A stretch of DNA of 64,000 nt from Eremomyces bilateralis CBS 781.70. Lineage: Eukaryota. The stretch lies in assembly GCA_010015585.1 (NCBI GenBank), contig ML975156.1; one strand, written 5' to 3'. Made by a program: the position numbers and the translations under genes. The notes under the pieces were generated by a model. It did no database searches. It was not told the origin of the DNA and saw nothing but the letters and a program-made list of their open reading frames with translations. Below, piece by piece: positions 24,438 to 36,557 of the stretch. The stretch's first letter is position 1. Every line of letters begins with the position of its first letter.

Positions 24438-25091
24438 CCACTGTCAGATACGAATGAGTGCCTCGTAGGCGAAGTCATCGCCAGATGCCGACTTGGCTAT
24501 ATCAACATGTCGGAGGAAACTGGACCAGTCCATCGATCCGACTTCAAAAAGAATGGTTGCGGGTGCGGTCGTCCATGGCAATTCTAAGTTAATACGCTTC
24601 CATCAATGCATCCCTCGAAGCGCACTGTGTCAAACGAGCTGCGCTGCAAAGCCCTACGACCTATCGTCGATTTCTTCACGGCCCGCCATGACTGAGGTTG
24701 AGAAATTTGCCTGGAGGAACGAAGTTTTCCTTCCGCGCAAGCATAGCCAAAACGGCAAAACCTTTGTTTCGACCGGTGACCAAGACATTAACCGCACCCT
24801 GTAGCAGCTATTATGTCATATGAGGTTAGCGCCATTTTGAACTTACCAAAAGGCAATTGATCCGTCCAAAACCCACCACTTATTATAACGCGAATATCGC
24901 TGTAGCGGTAATCGTTATAGCGGTGGTTGACTGTAAGCCTTTTATGATGCTTCTGTGAACATAGTTCGTGCACTCTTTTAGGGGAGATTCGAAGACAGCG
25001 AACTCTAGCTTCGTTCCTCCAGGCTCCCTTTCAGCGAAACCCGCTTGCGGGTTCGCATCTCTTGTTGAGAATGAACAGAACGAGAATCTTG

Positions 25092-25195
25092 CACGTGATC
25101 ATCAGTTGATTTCGACATTAGTGGGGCAGTGACAGGGGACCGCGTCATGTCCGCTCCATTCCACGTGATGTAACGCGACCTCAGACGCGACGCGT
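25092..25195. promoter_or_regulatory. POL1 promoter: MCB-like cluster and two CACGTG E-boxes
   Basis: ACGCGT at 25190-25195 overlapping ACGCGA at 25185-25190, further CGCG cores near 25141 and 25174, CACGTG at 25092 and 25162. MCB control of POL1 is established in yeasts. Confidence 0.7.
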
Positions 25196-25362
25196 ACAGT
25201 AGTAATTAGACTAGACGAGCCTCACCCGCCGTCTCCTCCACCACTTGACCTTCATACTACTACACTCCCAGTGACGCTTTCACCTGATGGCATAATTCAC
25301 TCACTCATATCTACATTCTACCATCATTGCTGGACGTGGTACAATTGCTCAGCACACCCACA

Positions 25363-28300
25363 ATGACTTCCAGAGCGACACGTCTCGCCCAGCTGCGTGA
25401 ATTGCGCAAGTCAGGCAAGAAGGCAATCGACTCGTACGAGGTTGAAGAGGCACAGCAGTTGTACGAAGAAGTGGACGAAGAATCGTACAAAAAGGTCGTC
25501 CGTGGCCGTCTGGATCAAGATGACTTCGTTGTGGACGATAATGGTGACGGATACGCCGATGACGGACGCGAGGAATGGGATGATGACCGTCGTCAACGCT
25601 ATTCATCCGAGGAAAGCGACGAGGGTACACAATTAAAGGGCAAAGCTGGTATGTATATTGACAAGATGCTCTTTAACAATAGGCGGCCCTAATTCGACCC
25701 TGCAGCAAAACGAAAACGCGAGGAAGAACGCGAAAAGAAGGTCAAAATCACCAATGGGATCAGCAAGTACTTCAACACCAAGGCCACTGGAGCAGCGGCC
25801 AAGCCCAAGGTTAGTATAGCTCATCGTCCTCTACAATGACGTGGACTAACACCAGCAGCCTGTTGCCACCGCTGAAGATGCCGCTTTCATGGCAGACCTT
25901 CTCGGCGAGGTTGAGGTCAATATTCCTAGCAAGCCTGCCCCTCGAATGAAGCCTGTCAAAAGCGAGACACGACGCAAAGTCCGAGTACTGTCACCACCGA
26001 TCGAAGAGCCAAAGCGGTTTAAGCAGGTTTCTTTCAAGAACTGCGATGTCGATGAGCTCGATGCAGACCACTACAGCGGACCCGCTCTCGATGACGATGA
26101 CTACGTCGCTCCCATGGATGATGATGTTCCAATGAGTGACCCGATGCCGTCTTCACCTCTCGCTCAAGCCATTGAACGCAAGGCTCAGCCACCCGTAAAA
26201 GTGGAAGAAGAAGAGGACGACGATATGATGGAGGTTGCTGAAGCAATTGGTCACAAAGCAGCGAACGTCGCGTCTGTCAACATGGCTGGCAGTCGACCAG
26301 CCCCGAAGATCAAGAAAGACCCATACCCTACACCGGCGAACTCCTCACCACCCATTCCTACCAGCGACGGCTTCGATCCATCAACATGGACTGATGTGAC
26401 CAGCAAGCTCAATGTCTTGAGTACTCCGGCGAATGAAACTACTTCCTTCGGAAAGCTAAGCCCGGAGAGTGTCCTGGAGGCTGACGGAAGTTTTAACTTC
26501 TTCTGGATGGACTATACCGAGGTCAATGGCAGCCTGTGTCTGTTCGGAAAGGTCAAGGACAAGACCACGGACCTGTACACGAGCTGCTTTGTCAAGGTCG
26601 ACAACATCCTTCGAAAATTATACTTCCTCCCTCGCGAATACCGCGTGCGAAATGGACGAGACACCGAAGATGAAGTCCGTATGGACGATGTCTACCAAGA
26701 GGTCGACGCGCTGATGAGCCGTTTCCGGGTCGACATGCACAAGATCAAATCTTCCTCGCGAAAATATGCGTTCGAACTTCCCGATATCCCGAAAGAAGCG
26801 GACTATCTCAAACTGCTGTATCCCTATAACAAGCCCGCTATTCCCATGGACCTCAAAGGCGAAACTTTCTCTCATGTCTTCGGCACAAACACGGCCTTGT
26901 TTGAGCAGTTTGTCCTCTGGAAAAACCTCATGGGACCATGTTGGCTGAAGATTGAAGGAGCCAACTTCACTGCTGTCACCAACGCGTCGTGGTGCAAGCT
27001 GGAAGCTCAAGTCTCGAAACCCGCTCTCATTGTCCCGCTTGGAAACGCCGAAGATTCCGAGTGTCCACCTCTGACGCTGATGAGTATCTCCTTGCGGACG
27101 ACCTTCAACACCAAAGAGAATAAACAGGAGATCCTCATGGTTAGCACTCGTATATATGAGAACGTCTCTTTGGCCGACACGACGCCTGTGGAGAGACTCC
27201 CGTGCAGGACTGTAACCATCATGCGTCCAGCCGCAGAAAATTTCCCCGTCGGCTTCAAAATGGAGGCAGAGAAGCAGAAAGGCTCCGTACATCTGGAGAG
27301 GAACGAGGCGGCTCTCCTTAGCAAATTCATGGCGATTATGCAACGGATCGACCCCGACGTCCTCATGGGACACAAACTCGAGGATGTCGACTACGGCATC
27401 CTTCTCAGTCGCATGAAGGAACGTAAGACCCCTGGCTGGCACCGGATCGGACGTCTCAAGCGATCCGACTGGCCGAAGTCCATGGGTAAAGGAGGCGGTA
27501 GCTTCTATGCAGAGCGACAACTCGTTGCCGGCCGGCTGCTCTGTGATATCGGGAATGACATGGGCCGGTCCCAGATGCCGAAGTGTCAGGCTTGGACTCT
27601 CACGGAGATGTGCGAGCTCTATCTCGGAGCGGGGAACACTCGACAGGACATCAACAACGAGACGGCTCTCAAGACGTGGGCTTCGACCCGGGACGGCCTC
27701 GTGAACTACCTCCGGCACTGCGAGGCGGATACCTACTTCATCGCCGCATTGACGCTCAAGTCACAGCTCCTTCCTCTGACGAAGGTGCTTACCAACTTGG
27801 CTGGCAACTCCTGGGCCCGAACCCTCACTGGCACTCGAGCGGAGCGGAACGAGTATATTCTCCTCCACGAGTTCTACCGCAACAAGTACATCTGCCCTGA
27901 CAAGGTATGGGGCAAAGGGAAGCAGAAAGTCGAGGAAGAAAATCCAGAGGGTGAGGGAGGTGTTGATGCGAAGAAGAAGGATAAGTTTAAAGGTGGCTTG
28001 GTCTTCGAGCCTGAGAAGGGTCTGTACGACAAGTTCATTCTTGTCATGGACTTTAACAGTTTATACCCCAGCATCATCCAAGAATTCAACATCTGCTTCA
28101 CGACCGTGGACAGAGCAGAAGTGGTAAGTTTTGTCCCTTGGCTGACTCGAAATTTTGACTAATATGACACAGTCCGAGGAGGAAGAGAAAGTGCCGGAAG
28201 TCCCAGAAGATCAAGATCTTGGTATCTTACCCCGACTAATCGCAACACTGGTGTCGCGTCGTCGAGAGGTGAAAAAGCTCATGAAAGACAAGACCGCAAA

Positions 28301-29953
28301 ATCAGAACAGCTGGTCACCTGGGACAACAAGCAGATGGCTCTCAAGCTCACGGCCAACTCTATGTACGGCTGCTTGGGATATACGAAATCCCGCTTCTAC
28401 GCTCGTCCACTTGCCATGCTCACGACCTTCAAAGGCCGTGAGATCTTGCGAAGCACGAAGGAGCTGGCGGAGAGCAACATGCTTCGAGTCATCTACGGCG
28501 ATACCGACTCGGTCATGATCAACACCAACATGGACAATATGGAAGCAGCGGTGAAGATCGGAAACGAGTTCAAGCGACTGGTCAACGACCAATACAAGTT
28601 GCTCGAAATCGACATCGACAATATCTTCCGCCGGATCCTTTTGCATGCGAAGAAGAAGTATGCCGCTATTAATATGGTCGAAGTGGACGGGAAATATGTC
28701 GAGAAACTGGAGGTCAAAGGCTTGGACATGAGGCGAAGAGAATACTGCAAGCTGTCCAAAGATACCTCCCAGTATGTCCCTCACCTTTCTTGCACCCAAA
28801 CTCCACTGACTCGCACCATAGACAGCTGCTTAACTTTCTCCTATCCGGAGAAGATCCCGAAGTGGTCGTCGAGAAGATCCACGATTATCTCCGCGAGCTT
28901 TCCTCCAAGATGCGCGAATTCCAGATTCCCGTCCAGCAATACACCATCTTCACCCAGTTGGGCAAGAATCCGGACGACTACCCCAATGGCGCAAGCATGC
29001 CCTCCGTGCAAGTGGCCAAGAAGCTGATGGCGACGGGGAGGCACGTCAAAGCCAAGGACGTCATGTCGTTCGTCATCTGCGGCGACTCGGGCGGCTCTGC
29101 AGAAAAGGCTGCCGCAAACGCGCACACTCTGGCGCAGGCGATGAGGCCCAGTTCGGACCTGAAGCCAGATGTGGACTACTACCTCACCAAACAGATCCTC
29201 CCACCCGTCGAGCGATTGTGCGCACCCATCGATGGCACCAACGCCGCTCGCCTCGCCGAGTGCTTAGGACTCGACCCGAACAAATACCGCAGCCAAGTCG
29301 GCGGATCCAGCGCCATGAACCAGGAGACCGAAATCATGCCCCTGGAGTCTCAAATTCCAGACAGCATCCGGTTCAAGAACTGCGCTCCTCTCCGCCTCCG
29401 CTGCCGGGCGTGCAAGCACCGCTTCCCCTTCAGCGGATTGGTCGGCTCCAGCGACGTCGTCTCCGCGAGCGGAATGGTGTGCCCCACGGAAAACTGCGGA
29501 GCCACGCTGCCGAATCTTTCGATCGTCGCGCAGCTAGAATCGCAGATCCGCCAGCACCTCGCCCGTTACTATGCGGGCTGGCTGGTGTGCGACGACGCGG
29601 CGTGCGGGGCGCGAACGCGGCAGATGAGCGTGTACGGGCATCGCTGTCTCGGACCGAAAGGTCTCGCGAAGGGATGTCAAGGGCGTATGCAGTGGGAGTA
29701 CGGTGAGCGAGAGGTGTATAATCAGCTGATCTACCTCTCGTCGATGTTTGACGTAGACAAGATCAAGCAGAAGGTGAAGGACGGGAAGGAGGTCGGCGCG
29801 GTGGAGATGAAGGAGAAGCTGAACGTGCTGGCTGATCAGAACCGGGAACGGTTTGGGACGCTGATGAACGTGGTCAAGGGGTATTTGGACCGGAACGGGA
29901 GGCGATGGGTGGCCATGGACAGCATTTTTGCGTTTGCACTCAAGGTTGTGTGA
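25363..29953 (+). CDS. POL1: DNA polymerase alpha catalytic subunit
   Basis: Exons 25363-25648, 25706-25809, 25859-28123, 28173-28771, 28822-29953. Motifs [50 protein letters not shown], and C-terminal CxxC zinc fingers. Confidence 0.98.
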
Positions 29954-31407
29954 CGTGGTGGACTGGTGAACTGGTGATACTAGCAGCACGTAGTATGCCG
30001 GCTCCTTGCTATTTGGACGGACAGGGGCATGGGCTGGATAGGGCTGATGAACGTATACGTAGTATGGATCGAGATATTGATAGGCGTCGAACCAGGGTTC
30101 CTTGATGGACGGCTGATTACATGATTACATCTGATGTCACTTTTGGATTTGTGGTGAAAAAGGGCTGAAACGTGAATGCTGACAGGCATTTGTAGACTGG
30201 AGCCCTGAAGCCATCCTCAATTTCCTCATTCATCAATCCCTGACCGATCCTCATCGCACATCTTGCCACCACTCACCAGCATTCAACCTGTCTTGTGGGT
30301 ACCGTAAGCACCAGTGGTTAAGCTTAAACGCTAAGGCTCATTGCGGGAGGCCTAGCCCGATTGAAACATCCGGTTTTACAGGGTTTCTAAGTATACTCCA
30401 ACAGAAAATGCAGCTCTTCGTGTCGAATTTCTCGACAATCTCCCGCCGTCGTCCGGTTGGGGGTTGCCGCCGCCTTAGGGGCCAAGGGGTAAGAAAGTTT
30501 GAATGGCCAACAGTCTGTGTGACTTGTGAGGCTATATACAGTGATAGTGTGATAGCCTTATCTCATTCACCGCTACACGTCGATCCCGCTTCCCTCTTCT
30601 GTTGCGGATCCTGTTAATCATGACCAACATTGATTTCTCACACGGTCCACAACACTTTGAAGGGCTCGAACTATGCTTGCTTTGAGTAATTCTCCTCGCA
30701 AGCTAAAGCACGAAGTCGCAATTCCTGAGGAACAAGCAATACTTGGACCAGGACCAGTATCGCGGATTCGTGACACGACAAATGGCGTCAGATGGCGCCC
30801 TTGGCAGTTGAGCATGCTAGCCCGAAGACAGTACTGATAACAAGGCCCCTAATCCAAAGGAGCCAACTGCCACCCAGCGAACAGGGAACAATCCAACCCG
30901 CTTACAGTCAAACCACAACGCCAAACGCCCCCAAATCCCAAACTCCAAGCCTTCCTGGTTAAAATGGATCCCGAAAAACAGTAAGCACTTGCGACGGATC
31001 TATTATTAATATGCCCGATTGGACTTTCGCTGCACCAGTGCTCCTTGGCCCAGTGCCCGCGAATCGGCGATCACTACACCGGACACTGCCTTTTCAGCCG
31101 CAGCAATGTTGCTTGAACCCTTGAATACAATTACAATGTCGCGTGTTTCTTAGCGTGGATTAATTTTAAGGGTTGAGGCTATGGTTGACATGACAGGGAC
31201 GGGGGACTCGGGATCGTCAGTCCATACAGTCAGCTCTTAAATCGCCCATAGCGACGCCATTTATTTCGTAAGGTGACTTTTTTTATATTTTTCTGATTCC
31301 CGATCTTGTGCTTATAATTCCTTCGTGTTTTGGAATTTGGAAGTTGTACTGTATCTTGTTCAGAAAGTAATGCCAGGTCCAGCCCAGTAGGCTGAGAGGT
31401 TATCGGT

Positions 31408-33297
31408 ATGCATCGATTTCCAGGTCATGAACGAGTTTTGAGAGCTAACACGGAATTTGCAGTTCAAATGGGCTCCCCAGCTCCTGCGGCATGGAGCCAT
31501 CAACCCTCTGGAATTCCCAATGATGGAGATATAGCCTACGAGCCGATGCGAGACCGGTCGGATACATACACGTCCGATGCACCTGGACGAGGTCGGTCTG
31601 ATACTTTCTCGGACGAGCCACCTCGATACTACGACCCAAGCGGAACACAGTCACCTCCCCTTGCAAACGACCATTCGAGGCATGTATCACAACCGACTCC
31701 ATTCCATGAGAATGATTTCCTGCTCTCGGATCGATCAGGTGCTCCGACCGTGGAGCACAAGGGACCACCTCCCCCGTTCTTTCGAAGAGGCGTCCTGTTC
31801 TTCACTGCGACACGGAAACGTGTCTTTACTCGTCTCCTTCCATTGATTCTTCTCCTGGTGGGTATCCTCGCCATCGCTATCGGGGTACCGATTGCCCTGT
31901 CGCAAAAAGGCGACTCCAATCCCTCCGATAACAATGACAACAATAACGACGACGGCACCCCGATTGCGGTTGCAGCCAACCTGCTCTCTACACCGGTCGG
32001 CTCTCCGGACGCCGATGATTACGACAATACCCCCCGCCTCATTTTCGCCCACTACATGCTCATCACACCGCCGCCGGACCACAACTATAACCCAGACATT
32101 GCAGCCGCACAAGCCGCGGGCATCGATGCTTTCGCCATCAACTACGGAGGCGTGAACATCAACCCAACTACCCTGCAAGCGGAGCTCCGGAACTTCTACG
32201 ACGCGTGCGCTGACCACGGCTTCTCCGCCTTCATCTCCATCGACGCCACCTCGACCACCGCGTCCGGCGACCAGATCAAGCCCGAGGAAGCCGCCGATCT
32301 GTTCAACATGTTCGCCGGCCACCCGGCCCAACTCAAGTACCGGGACGCCGCCCTGTTCAGCTCCTTCCAGACCACCGACACCCCTTGGAACTGGCGCGAC
32401 GACGTGCTCACCAACCTGAATACCTCCGTCCACCTCCTCCCCGGTACGCTCACCACCGACGGCGACGCCGCGTTCAATCGCTCCGAGGCGGACGGCGCGG
32501 CCGGGTATTTCAGCTGGATCCACCACTTCGAAGACCCGCACAGCGAAGCCAGTATCGACGCCTCCTTCGCGGCGATCCGGAACAGCACCGAGCACTCGCC
32601 CAGCGGGGGGACGAAGGACGGGAAGCTCAAGTGGATGGCGCCGCTCGCGCCGTGGTTCTACAAGAACCTCGGCGCGCACTGGGCGACGCACCAGGGCCCG
32701 CAGATGTTCCTGCCGCGCGCGTTGGACCTGCTGCGGCGGAAGCCGGACTATCTGCAGCTTGTGACGTGGAACGACTACGGCGAGTCGACGTATTTCGGGC
32801 CGGTGAACAGCAACCTGACGGCGCTGTGTTCCGGGTGCTATTACGGCCACCTGGACCACTCCGGGTTTCTCGAGATGTTGAAGCCCATCTTCCGCGCCTA
32901 CCGGAAAGGGGACGTCGACGTCACGTTCGACGCCGACGACAACGACAAGGAGAACGTGTGGATGTACTACCGCCCCCATCGCGCGGCCACGGGCACCGTC
33001 GGCACCCGGCCGGACGCCTGGGACATCCTCCAGGATAAGGTCTACATCGTGACGTTCGTCGCGGAGGATGACACGATGATCACGCTGACGGCCAAGGACG
33101 GGGCCGGGACGAAGGTCAAGGAACAGAAGATGAAGGTGATGAAGGGCCTCACGGTGGTCCAGGCGGACTGGGCGAAGGGCAACCAGACGATCATGGCGAC
33201 GCGTGGGGAGAAGACTGTCGTCAAGGCGAAGACGGGACCATCGATTATGGATGCGCCGGATAGGAATGGATATAACGGGAATGTGGTGGTCGTTTGA
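31408..33297 (+). CDS. Glycoside hydrolase family 71 (alpha-1,3-glucanase/mutanase) with N-terminal signal-anchor
   Basis: Motifs IFAHYM, DIAAAQAAGIDAFAINYG, WMAPLAPWFY, QLVTWNDYGESTYFG. Single hydrophobic helix at about 31834-31902; intronless. The true start may be Met at 31468. Confidence 0.88.
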   Translation: MHRFPGHERVLRANTEFAVQMGSPAPAAWSHQPSGIPNDGDIAYEPMRDRSDTYTSDAPGRGRSDTFSDEPPRYYDPSGTQSPPLANDHSRHVSQPTPFHENDFLLSDRSGAPTVEHKGPPPPFFRRGVLFFTATRKRVFTRLLPLILLLVGILAIAIGVPIALSQKGDSNPSDNNDNNNDDGTPIAVAANLLSTPVGSPDADDYDNTPRLIFAHYMLITPPPDHNYNPDIAAAQAAGIDAFAINYGGVNINPTTLQAELRNFYDACADHGFSAFISIDATSTTASGDQIKPEEAADLFNMFAGHPAQLKYRDAALFSSFQTTDTPWNWRDDVLTNLNTSVHLLPGTLTTDGDAAFNRSEADGAAGYFSWIHHFEDPHSEASIDASFAAIRNSTEHSPSGGTKDGKLKWMAPLAPWFYKNLGAHWATHQGPQMFLPRALDLLRRKPDYLQLVTWNDYGESTYFGPVNSNLTALCSGCYYGHLDHSGFLEMLKPIFRAYRKGDVDVTFDADDNDKENVWMYYRPHRAATGTVGTRPDAWDILQDKVYIVTFVAEDDTMITLTAKDGAGTKVKEQKMKVMKGLTVVQADWAKGNQTIMATRGEKTVVKAKTGPSIMDAPDRNGYNGNVVVV

Positions 33298-33764
33298 AAG
33301 TTTTTACCGTTGTCAGGAATGCGATCGAATAGACCGAAGATACCTTTCATCTGAGCGTTGGCGCACTAGGAATTAATGTTTCACTCGGGTGGATTTGCAC
33401 AATGATCTCAAGTAGTTGATTTTAGGATATAGCCAATGCTATTGGAATTGTTCAAGTACGCCTCCTTGTCAGCAAATATGGGTGCGCTCCTCAAAGCTCC
33501 GAGCGAGCAGAGAGCGCGGTATTAAAAAGGAACAAAAATCTCAGATGACTATCCTAAGGTGAGGACATCAGCCGAAGCCAGTAGAGCAAGTCCCCAAACA
33601 TTGAAACAAGGTATCCCCAATGTCGTCAGGGCATTTCATATCGTCTTCTCACAACCACCGCCTGGAGATTGGCATGTAAAAGACGTTCCACATCATCACA
33701 AGGACTTAACCTCTTCAATTGAAAGGCATCATCGCCTCTCAATTGGTGCATGTCAACCACCATT

Positions 33765-35823
33765 TCACCCCCGAAGTCTCTTCCTCTCTTTTCCAACGCC
33801 TTCATCAAGCTCACGCTTCATGGGCAGACTCGATGGCAGCTCCGGTTCATTGACTTGGCCATCCAATCCAGTCACTTTCCGCCTCATGTCCGGGGAAACG
33901 GATCCTCCGCGCTTCGTGCGACGCCATCTGTTGAATGGGCTTTGAGTGCGCGTCTTCTCGACCTGCAGTTTGTCGACGGCGTCGTTGATGGGAAACGCCT
34001 CGGCAGTGGTGGGCGTCTCCGCCGCGAGATGGGGAACGGTTGCGGGAGACTGCGGAATATCAGTGGCACGAGCGTCGATGTCCATCATATCATGGTCGGC
34101 TGGGACTGCAGGAGGATCCGAATCTTCGAAGATCGAAACGGGTTCTTTGGATTTCCTGCCACGACGACTCTTCCGCGTCGTCGGTACGGTTCGCTCATCA
34201 TCAGCCTCCGCGCCGGTCTCAGGCTCCAGGTCGACCGAGGGGGTCTTCTGAGCCGCTCGGCGGATCCGAGTAGATGCTCGAGTCGATGCCCGAGTGGATG
34301 CCCGAGCTTTCGGTTGAGCTTGAGGCCTGAAGGACGGAGACTGGTCGGGTTGGGTGAGGTTCGTCGAATGGGAGGAGGCAAAGGCAGACACGGAGAAGCT
34401 GACAGAAGCGGAACGCAGACTTTCGGTGTATTGGCGAACCGTTTCGTTGTCAACGTCCGTCAATGCCTCTTCGTCATTCTCGTCCACAGGCTCCACTGGA
34501 GTTGGCTCAACCGGGACACCTTCATCCTTCGTTTGGCCTCGTGCGGCCTTTGCGTTACTGGAAGAGGGTTCGTCATCGTTTGGGAAGAGTCGGCGTGCAA
34601 TGCGTTGGCTGGATCGAAGAAGTGGCCGGTCGGCGGCCGCTCCTGCGGAACGAGCGACGGTAGCACTCATGGGATATTCTTCCGCCAAAGCCTTGGCGTG
34701 GTTGTTGACGGTTTCCGGTGAAGAATCTGCGGCTCGAAGTCGAGAATCCTTCGAGACTCTTCCGGGGGTGGGCGAGGTCGGAGGTTGGCGGTCCGTGAAA
34801 GGTTTGAACGTCTTCTTCCCCCGGCTATGTAACAAGTCAGTGATGCGTCGCGAATTAAAGGATGGGGAGCGTGTGAATAACTTACAAGACGTAAATCAAT
34901 CCTTCGTTCCGTTGAACTGCTTCTTCCATTCGCTTCTCCTCTTCCACCTGATCCTTCGACTTCCTCTGGCTCCGGGTCTTGGGCGCTGGCTTCACTTCGA
35001 TCGCAGCAGACTCGTCCTTGGCGCGACTTATGAATGGGTTGTCCTCACTCCGGTCAAGCTCGGGTCGTCGCTCCTTGGGATCGGTGTAGACCTCGACGCC
35101 CTCGTTGTCTGCATCTGCCATATCAAGATCATCATTCCAACCGTCGAGCACAAACTTGCCTCGGCGACGGCGTGGTGGAGGCATTGCATCCTCTATTGTG
35201 GCAGTACGGCTTCCGAATAGCGGACGGGCCGCCGCCTGGATGGCTGAGCGGGGGACATCACGTTTGCGTGGAGTCCTGGCAGGCGTTGGGTAAACACCGG
35301 CTCCAGTGAAGGGTAGAAGTGAAGCTCCAGATTGATGACCACTAGGTTGCGGCATGCTGAAAACCTCTTTGTCTTCCTCCATTGTCTTGGCTGTCACACG
35401 TCGTGATTGTGTAGGCGACTTTGATTTGGAAGACTTGCTCGGCGAGGGGTGTGAATCAGAGTGGTGCGGTGAACCAGGAGGTGATAATTCAGAATATTCA
35501 GGTAGCTTGTGCTTTCGTTTGGAGGAGCGCACGGAAGTCGATGGAGTAGGTGTCGTTTGCCGCATATTGTTTCTTGCATATGATGAAAGTGAAAGTGAAG
35601 TGAAGTTGGAGCTTGTGTTAGGTGTGAGTTGGGAAAGTGATGTTGTCGGGGTAGAGGAATATTTGCTCTGTTGCGATGCAACTCGTGTGGATCGTCGTGG
35701 TGAATATGGCTCCCAGCGGTCATGTCGAGCGCCATGCAGAGGAGCCGGAGGGGTGTGGATGCGAGAGTGACGAGGAGGAGTATGAATTCGTGCTCGAGGC
35801 GGCGGTGTGCTGGGAGATGCCAT
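33765..35823 (-). CDS. Disordered S/T-P-rich protein, probable Rum1/Sic1-type CDK inhibitor
   Basis: Exons 35823-34886 and 34824-33765 (intron GTAAGT..CTGAC..TAG). Splicing creates EGLIYVFRGKK. Other motifs: PSTPP, PTPARTPRK, EDNPF, RRLF. The gene model is well supported; the function is inferred. Confidence 0.65.
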
Positions 35824-36268
35824 AGTGAACTGAACCAACAGGACCGCTCGTCTCTTCTTCTTGGGTTCTGAACAAGTGACACCAACAAATGTTTGGATGA
35901 GGCTAAGATATGCGCACTGTCAGGAAAGGGATAAGGGAAGCGCTATATTTTGGTCCTCTGATCCGGATGAAGGAGATATGGGAGACTCAAGTCGACTGAG
36001 GAAAGGGGTGTAAGAGGCTAGACAGCATAAAGGGTAGAGCAATGGAATAACCAGAATAAACGTGCTATATCCAAATAGAGCATGAACCATGAACTGAAGG
36101 TAAAACTGGGAAGCGAAGTGAAAGGACGAGATGCTATGTCAGATGCATCATGGCTTCACTTGAGGGATGAGGTGGCTGGGAGGGTTGGTCAATTCCGGTT
36201 GGAGGTCGGTGCTTGTGATGTTTACTGGCCATGTGTGGCTGGGCTGTGGCGCACCATGTCCATCCTGT

Positions 36269-36323
36269 CACGTGTAAACAAACAAAATAGTATCACGTGC
36301 AATCCCTCTGTCCATGTCACGTG
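36269..36323. promoter_or_regulatory. Three TCACGTG E-boxes and a forkhead site in a divergent promoter
   Basis: CACGTG at 36269, 36294 and 36318; GTAAACAAA at 36274-36282. Confidence 0.6.
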
Positions 36324-36557
36324 CATATGACTCTCCAGTACGTTCCTGCATCACGTCGGGATTTGTCCTTTGTGAAATTGTGAGTGCAATATCTCGGGTT
36401 GATCCACATATTGAGGTTCTTTATACGTATCCTCAGACTGCCCAAGCTCTTTAAACCTCAATTGGTCCATCTCGCTGGACAAGTTTGCAGATTGTAAAAG
36501 GATCCTTCCCATTCTTGGGTGGAGAGTTATACCTCAGCAACCGTTCAGCTCTCCACC

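Noticed and set aside
31735..32979. Long antisense ORFs (414 aa here; also 26618-27718, 33750-34721, 19425-20279, 11922-12764)
   Set aside because: Shadows of GC3-rich coding genes on the opposite strand, with no independent motifs.
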